The notes under the pieces: generated by a model
What the model saw: only the letters and a program-made list of their open reading frames with translations
Database searches by the model: none
Told to the model about the DNA's origin: nothing
Part shown: piece by piece, positions 28,199-33,352 of the stretch
Numbering within the stretch: position 1 is the stretch's first letter
Layout of the letters: each line of letters begins with the position of its first letter
Origin: Chthonomonadales bacterium
GTDB lineage: Bacteria > Armatimonadota > Chthonomonadetes > Chthonomonadales > CAJBBX01
NCBI GenBank assembly: GCA_037442185.1
Contig: JBBIQU010000002.1
Span: 29,538 to 62,889, forward strand
Length of the DNA stretch: 33,352 nucleotides
Direction of reading: 5' to 3'
Program-made: the position numbers and the translations under genes

Positions 28199-29002
28199 CT
28201 AGCGTCCGGGGCCTCGTCCGCCTCCCGGACGCGGCCCACCGGGCATTCCGGGCGCGCCCATCCGGCCACCGGGTCCGCCTGGACCGCCGGGCCCGCCCAT
28301 GCGTCCGCCGAACTGGGCCCTCGGATGCTCCTTCTCCCATTTCTCGACGGCTGCTTTCTGCTGTGCATTCAGGGCGCCCAGCGCCTTCTTGCGCGCGTCA
28401 TCCCGCAACTGCCCGAACTGCTGCATGGCCGCGCCGGGATTGCCCTGTCCGGCTCCGGCAACCAGCTTCCTCAGCTTCTCGCTGCGCTCCTTGGCAACCG
28501 CCTGGAGCTTCGTCAGCTGCGCAGGCGTCAGCTTGAGCGAACCGGCGAGCGACATGGGCAGTCCAGCCCCGCGAAGCGCATGCATTTCCTTGAGCATGGC
28601 CGGCGCCTTCTGCCTCTGAGCGGGCGTCAGCTCCTTCATGATGTCGGCGTCGGCCTTCTTCATCCGGGCTTCCAGCTTGGGCATTGCCGCCTCGATGGCC
28701 TTCTGGTCGGGGCGCTGCCCCCGCTCCATCCGCGGGAAAAGCCCTCGCATGTCCTGACCGGCCTTCTCAGCGATGGCACTGATCTTCTTCTCCTGTGCGT
28801 CGGAGAGCTTGAACACAGCCTTGAGGGTTGGCACAGGCGTGGCCGACAGCGTCAGCGGACGGTCCATCATCCGCATGCCGGGCATGCGCATGCCGCCCGT
28901 CCGGCGACCGCCGGGCTGGCCCTGACCGCCCGGGCGTCCCGGTTGCGCCAGAGCGCCGGCCCCGATGACGAGCACGGCGCACACCGTTAGGAGTTTTCTC
29001 AT
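28199..29002 (-). CDS. Secreted Spy/CpxP (LTXXQ)-like helical protein with Gly/Pro-rich ends
   Basis: Signal peptide MRKLLTVCAVLVIGAGALA; LSDAQ, LTPAQ (x2) and LNAQQ motifs. Confidence 0.65.
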   Translation of the reverse strand: MRKLLTVCAVLVIGAGALAQPGRPGGQGQPGGRRTGGMRMPGMRMMDRPLTLSATPVPTLKAVFKLSDAQEKKISAIAEKAGQDMRGLFPRMERGQRPDQKAIEAAMPKLEARMKKADADIMKELTPAQRQKAPAMLKEMHALRGAGLPMSLAGSLKLTPAQLTKLQAVAKERSEKLRKLVAGAGQGNPGAAMQQFGQLRDDARKKALGALNAQQKAAVEKWEKEHPRAQFGGRMGGPGGPGGPGGRMGAPGMPGGPRPGGGRGPGR

Positions 29003-29108
29003 GGTCGTTTCCTTCCGTAGATGCCCGAGACGAACCGGAACGCTGGACCGGGTGCGGCGGGCAGTTATAGGTTAGACTGCGTGCTGCGGTCGGCGGGAAC
29101 AGCCGACA

Positions 29109-30191
29109 TCACTGTCTGATGCAGACCTCGCCCAGCCGCCGCATGTGATACACATAGTTGGGCAATGAAATGTCCGGCGGACACGAGTGGTCGGCCATCG
29201 GGATGTATCCGCCCTCTTCGATCAACGGTCGGACCCTGGCCAGTTCGGCTTCGATGGCGTTCGGCCCCTCGGCCATGGCGCGCTTGTCAATGCCTCCCCA
29301 CATGCGCAGGTCGCGCCCGTACTGCCGGCGGACCTGGTTCACGTCCATGCCTGCCTGCACTTCGAAGGGATAGAGGAAGTTCAGGCCGGCATCGAGCCAG
29401 ACCGGTATGAGCGTATCTATGCGTCCGTCGCTGTCGAGCCCGATCCACCGGACGCCTCGGCCGCGCAGAAACTCGGCCACTCTCTTGTATCTCGGCAGCA
29501 TGTATCGCCTGGCCAGCTTCGGCGTCAGCAACGGGCCGGTCTTGTATGCCATGTCTTCCCAGAACGCGAAGGCGTCAATGGGACCCGCGTCGAGTATCTG
29601 GTCCATCATTGCGATGATGAAGTCGGCATTGGCGTCCATCATTTCCTCGATGAACGCCGGATCATCGTAGAAGAGCGTACAGAGCGACTCCACTCCGACG
29701 AGGTTGCGCAGCGGCCCGAAAAAGCCGCCCCACCGGTCAGAGATGATCACGATCGGTATCTCGGATGCCCGCAATGCGGCGAGCCGCTCGCGCCAGTCAG
29801 GGCCGATGCGCTCCTCGGGTCTGGGCTGCATCCGCTCCTTCCAGAACGCGCGGAACTCCTCGCGCGTAGTCACCGGGAACTTCACGAACTGTGGCATTGA
29901 GCTGAACGGGTTGTTCTTCATCTCGCGCATCAGGATGCCTTCGTGGTTGACATACAGGATATGCTCGGCATCCTCCTCGATCACGCGATGTTCGAACGGC
30001 GGGTTGGGGAAGAACCAGTGACCGATCCAGTGAACCTGGCTTGCGCCCTGACGCACGTCGTCTTTGCTCGGGTCGTAGCCCTCACTCTGCCAGCGCTCAA
30101 TGGTGTCGGGCCAGCCGCCCCAGGTCCAATGCGGCGTGACATCCACAGGCCGGTAGTCCATGCATGCGTGAAAGCGTTCGCGCTCGGTCAT
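29109..30191 (-). CDS. Uroporphyrinogen decarboxylase family (MtaA/CmuA-like) protein
   Basis: MTERERF start, EDMAYKTGPLLTP, DSDG, PFEVQAGMD, WGGIDKR, GGYIPMADH. Confidence 0.85.
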   Translation of the reverse strand: MTERERFHACMDYRPVDVTPHWTWGGWPDTIERWQSEGYDPSKDDVRQGASQVHWIGHWFFPNPPFEHRVIEEDAEHILYVNHEGILMREMKNNPFSSMPQFVKFPVTTREEFRAFWKERMQPRPEERIGPDWRERLAALRASEIPIVIISDRWGGFFGPLRNLVGVESLCTLFYDDPAFIEEMMDANADFIIAMMDQILDAGPIDAFAFWEDMAYKTGPLLTPKLARRYMLPRYKRVAEFLRGRGVRWIGLDSDGRIDTLIPVWLDAGLNFLYPFEVQAGMDVNQVRRQYGRDLRMWGGIDKRAMAEGPNAIEAELARVRPLIEEGGYIPMADHSCPPDISLPNYVYHMRRLGEVCIRQ

Positions 30192-30324
30192 ACTTCAGTT
30201 CCTCTCCCCTGTAACCTGATCGGGCTTCAGTTCGGGCCGATCGCGGCCTATCCCTGCAAGGAGAAAGACCATTGTCCTCCCAGCACCGAGCGACAGAACG
30301 CGAAACGCCCCCTATCCGGCTCGT

Positions 30325-31689
30325 TCAGAGCGCCCGCAGAACAGCGTCCCTGAGAGCATCCAGTCCGTCGCGGATCGCTACCTCGGTGATGCACAGCGGC
30401 GGCGCAATCTTGACGCAAGCGCCCCCGACCCCAACAGGCGCGAACAGAAGGAGGCCGGCGCGGAAACACTCTTCGACGATGGCGTGCGCCAGATCGGGAT
30501 CGGGATCCTTCGTGGCGGGCCGAACAGTCTGGATGCCCGCTACTAGGCCCTTTCCGTGGACGCATCCCAGCCGATCGGGATCGAGCCCCTGGATGTCCTT
30601 CAGCCCCGGCAGGAGGACTTCGCCCATGCGACGCGCGTTCTCCGTCAAGCCCTCGCTCAGGATGGCTTCGATGCTCGCCAGCGCCGCCCGAACGCATATC
30701 GGATTGCCGGAATGGGTGCTGGTCATGCTCCCGGGGGGATACAGGTCCATGATCTCGGACCGACCCAGCACCGCCGACAGGGGCAGCGAGCTGGAGATGC
30801 CCTTGCCGCACGCGATGAGGTCGGGTGCGATCCCGTAGTGCTCGAAGCCCCAGAATGTCCCGCACCGACCGAAACCTGCCTGCACTTCATCGAATATGAG
30901 CGCAGCTCCATGCTCGTCGCACCATGCGCGAAGATCGCGGGCGTACTCAACCGGAAGGAAATCGGGTCCGGCGCCCTGGTAGGTCTCGACCATGACGCCC
31001 GCTATGGTGTCAGCGTTGATCCCACGCTCCTTCAGAGCGCGCAGGAAGCCGTCGAAGCTCGTATCGGTAACGCGGTACCCGTCCGGAAACGGGATGCGGT
31101 GGATGTCCGGATCCAGATTGACGATCCAGCTGTGGCCGTCGCCGAGCGGCCCCATCTGCTGCGCTCCCATCGTTCGGCCGTGGAAGCCCTGCAGGAAGCC
31201 GATGATGCCGATCTTGCGCTCGCCGCCGGTTGCGCGCCCCCAGGTTCGGGCCAGTTTGAGGCAGCACTCGGTCGCTTCCGATCCGGTGGTCAGGAGGAAG
31301 CACTTCTCGATGCCCTCAGGCGCAAGCTCCACCAGCTTCTCGGCCAGAAGCGCGCGCTCTTCGCTGGGGAAGCAGTAGTTGTGCAGCAGAGGCAGATCGC
31401 ACTGCGCCTTCACGGCCTCGCGGATAGCCGGACGGCCGTGCCCCGCATTCGTCACCAGCACGCCCGACGACCAGTCGAGCCACATGTTGCCGAACGGATC
31501 GTACACCTGCACTCCCTCGGCCCGATGCCAGATGACGGGCGGCTGCCCGGACATGGAGCGGGGCTCGAACCGCCGAAGTCGCTCAAGGATCGGCAACGAG
31601 TCAGGGTGCGGTATTGGCGACGCGATGCGCCGATACGGTGTGTCCACCGTCGGCACCTGCGTAGGAGTCAAATCGAAGGGCTTGCCCAT
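30325..31689 (-). CDS. Class III PLP-dependent aminotransferase
   Basis: TTGSEATE, FHGRTMG, FDEVQAGFGRCG, PDLIACGKG, STHSGNP. Confidence 0.93.
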   Translation of the reverse strand: MGKPFDLTPTQVPTVDTPYRRIASPIPHPDSLPILERLRRFEPRSMSGQPPVIWHRAEGVQVYDPFGNMWLDWSSGVLVTNAGHGRPAIREAVKAQCDLPLLHNYCFPSEERALLAEKLVELAPEGIEKCFLLTTGSEATECCLKLARTWGRATGGERKIGIIGFLQGFHGRTMGAQQMGPLGDGHSWIVNLDPDIHRIPFPDGYRVTDTSFDGFLRALKERGINADTIAGVMVETYQGAGPDFLPVEYARDLRAWCDEHGAALIFDEVQAGFGRCGTFWGFEHYGIAPDLIACGKGISSSLPLSAVLGRSEIMDLYPPGSMTSTHSGNPICVRAALASIEAILSEGLTENARRMGEVLLPGLKDIQGLDPDRLGCVHGKGLVAGIQTVRPATKDPDPDLAHAIVEECFRAGLLLFAPVGVGGACVKIAPPLCITEVAIRDGLDALRDAVLRAL

Positions 31690-31711
31690 GGGATGGTCTC
31701 TTTCGCGTTAG

Positions 31712-31772
31712 GTCGGACAAGTCGGACGGGTCGGACAAGTCGGACGGGTCGGACTCGTCGGACTGGTCAGAC
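31712..31772. repeat. 9-bp-period array of GTCNGAC (7 units)
   Basis: Units at 31712, 31721, 31730, 31739, 31748, 31757 and 31766; the last contains the TGA stop of the upstream minus-strand gene. Confidence 0.92.
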
Positions 31773-33056
31773 GGGCTTTGTGTAAATCCTCTCGATGACG
31801 GCTTCAGGGCCTTCGGCCGCTCGATAGGGGTCCAGGATCGCAATGCCGTCCGGACCGAAGCTCGCCGACACCGCAGGCGCGCGGCCTGCCTCTTGGTATG
31901 CGAAGTTGCGATCTCGGACGATTCGAGCCACCTCAACGATGGCGACAGTAATGCGGGCCTCCTCCGGTGTGGGATAGGTCCCCGCGATATCGTCGAGCGA
32001 CGCTCCCATGAACTTCACGCGGCATGCGGCAAGCACGCCCGCATGGATGCTGTCGGCGCCGTAGCCTACATAGGTCGGCGGCCCGCCCGCGGGGTTCGGA
32101 ACGTCCCGCGTGAAGTGGTTGTTGGCGGTGCGCGATCCGCCGCCCGCGTTCCACCACCGGAAGCCCCGGTATTGCTGGTCGCTCTCGACCTTGCCGTCGG
32201 TCCCGACGATCTCGTGCCCCTGGTTGACCGGTCCTTCGAAGTCGGGCGGCGTGATCCAGTTGTTCATGAACGTAATGCTCATGCCGTTGTCCCAGTCCAC
32301 GCGCACCTGAACCGCATCAAATGCCCGGATGCCGTCGCGAAGCAGCCGCTTCTTCTGCCCCACCGCCGTGAGGCCGACGGGCTTCGCGCCGTAGTAGTGG
32401 TGGAACAGGTCGGTCCAGTGAGGGCCGACATAGCTGAAGGGATCGCTCCGCTCGGCCCATTTGAACGTCGCTGTGGACACCTCTAGCGGCTCTTCCAGCA
32501 TGGCGGTTCCGTACAGAGGGTCGCCGATACGCTTTCGGATGTCATTGCGGATGCGCATGTGATCGGGATCGTACCGCTTGTGCATATCAACGCACACAAC
32601 AAGGCCCGATCCGCGCGAGACGGCGATGATCTCGTCGGCTTCCGTCATCGTAAGGCACATGGGCTTCTCGACGATGACATGGCATCCCGCCCGCAACCCG
32701 GCCAGCGCCGGGCCTGTATGCAGATGGTCCGGCGTGGCGACGGCCAGAATGTCAAGGTCGGGATAGGCGGCAAGGACATCCTCCCATGGGCTCTCACCGC
32801 AGAACGGCTGCGGCAACGTCCCGGCAAGGTCGCTGAACGCATGGGAGGCGCGAATGGCCGACGGCTCCGTGCGGGTCGCGACGGCGACCAGCTCGAAACG
32901 CACGTCGGCAAGGGGCCGGGCGAACTCACCCAACCCCAGACGCGCAAGGAACGGCGCAAGCCCCACGCGCTGCAGGTCTGCATAGGCGCGGAGATGCACG
33001 TCGCCGCCGAACATGCCCGCGCCCACGAGGGCTATACGCATGGTCCTGGTTGGCAT
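31767..33056 (-). CDS. Cytoplasmic Gfo/Idh/MocA family oxidoreductase
   Basis: VGAGMFG, VATPDHLH, HVIVEKPMC, HKRYDP; GAAAGGA RBS. Confidence 0.9.
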   Translation of the reverse strand: MPTRTMRIALVGAGMFGGDVHLRAYADLQRVGLAPFLARLGLGEFARPLADVRFELVAVATRTEPSAIRASHAFSDLAGTLPQPFCGESPWEDVLAAYPDLDILAVATPDHLHTGPALAGLRAGCHVIVEKPMCLTMTEADEIIAVSRGSGLVVCVDMHKRYDPDHMRIRNDIRKRIGDPLYGTAMLEEPLEVSTATFKWAERSDPFSYVGPHWTDLFHHYYGAKPVGLTAVGQKKRLLRDGIRAFDAVQVRVDWDNGMSITFMNNWITPPDFEGPVNQGHEIVGTDGKVESDQQYRGFRWWNAGGGSRTANNHFTRDVPNPAGGPPTYVGYGADSIHAGVLAACRVKFMGASLDDIAGTYPTPEEARITVAIVEVARIVRDRNFAYQEAGRAPAVSASFGPDGIAILDPYRAAEGPEAVIERIYTKPV

Positions 33057-33069
33057 TGGGTTGGTCCTT

Positions 33070-33352
33070 TCAGAGCTTGTCGGACAGGTCGGACAGGTCG
33101 GACGGGTCCGACGGGTCGGACGAGGCGTCTATCCGCTCTCCTCCGAGGATCGTGGCGACTATACCCAGTGGGCCATCGTCGCTGACACGGAATAGGGTCA
33201 TGTCGGCGTCATACCCGACCTCGATGCGCCCTTTGCCCTTCAGTTGCAGGGCTCGCGCAGGAGTTTCGGTGGCGCAGGCAACGGCCTCGGCCAGGTCCAT
33301 GTCGGTCCAACGCCACGCATTGGCGATGCAGGTGTCAAGCAGCGCCGACGCC
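33070..33352 (-). CDS. nagA: C-terminal part of N-acetylglucosamine-6-phosphate deacetylase-like amidohydrolase (runs off window)
   Basis: ...ASALLDTCIANAWRWTDMDLAEAVACATETPARAL..KGRIEVGYDAD; a typical amidohydrolase C-terminus. Confidence 0.65.
   Translation of the reverse strand, partial: ASALLDTCIANAWRWTDMDLAEAVACATETPARALQLKGKGRIEVGYDADMTLFRVSDDGPLGIVATILGGERIDASSDPSDPSDLSDLSDKL
33079..33121. repeat. 9-bp-period array of GTCNGAC (5 units) inside the nagA-like 3' end
   Basis: Units at 33079, 33088, 33097, 33106 and 33115; translated as SSDPSDPSDLSDLSD. Confidence 0.9.

Noticed and set aside
28199-28310. GGPGGPGG low-complexity repeats
   Set aside because: Ordinary Gly/Pro-rich tail of a secreted protein.

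Overview
High-GC bacterial chromosome segment. The Armatimonadota-style prepilin/H-X9-DG gene, PEP-CTERM protein and copper-amine-oxidase-N-like protein suggest Armatimonadota or similar (inference). It holds about 26 CDS plus tRNA-Leu(TAG) and tRNA-Gly(GCC). Gene content: secreted glycoside-hydrolase-like proteins, a gluconolactonase, an ABC exporter + DUF1854, two Tat-exported Gfo/Idh/MocA oxidoreductases + ApbE, a CocE/NonD hydrolase, a zincin/Ig protein, a DtxR-feoA-feoB operon, DUF4838, DUF362, and a nagA-oxidoreductase-aminotransferase-UroD-family cluster. No integrase, transposase, CRISPR or rRNA was seen. Most notable: (1) a type IV pilin-like H-X9-DG gene, preceded by a highly structured 210-nt spacer, lies inside the Feo iron-uptake operon; (2) a PEP-CTERM surface-protein gene is out of frame by exactly one TGCCG pentamer in its signal-peptide region, a candidate phase-variation switch; (3) several families of short palindromic or 9-bp-period repeats sit at gene ends and are inserted in-frame inside proteins; (4) a ~175-nt rod-like candidate ncRNA lies next to the tRNA promoter. 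All family calls come from motif recognition by eye, not database searches.
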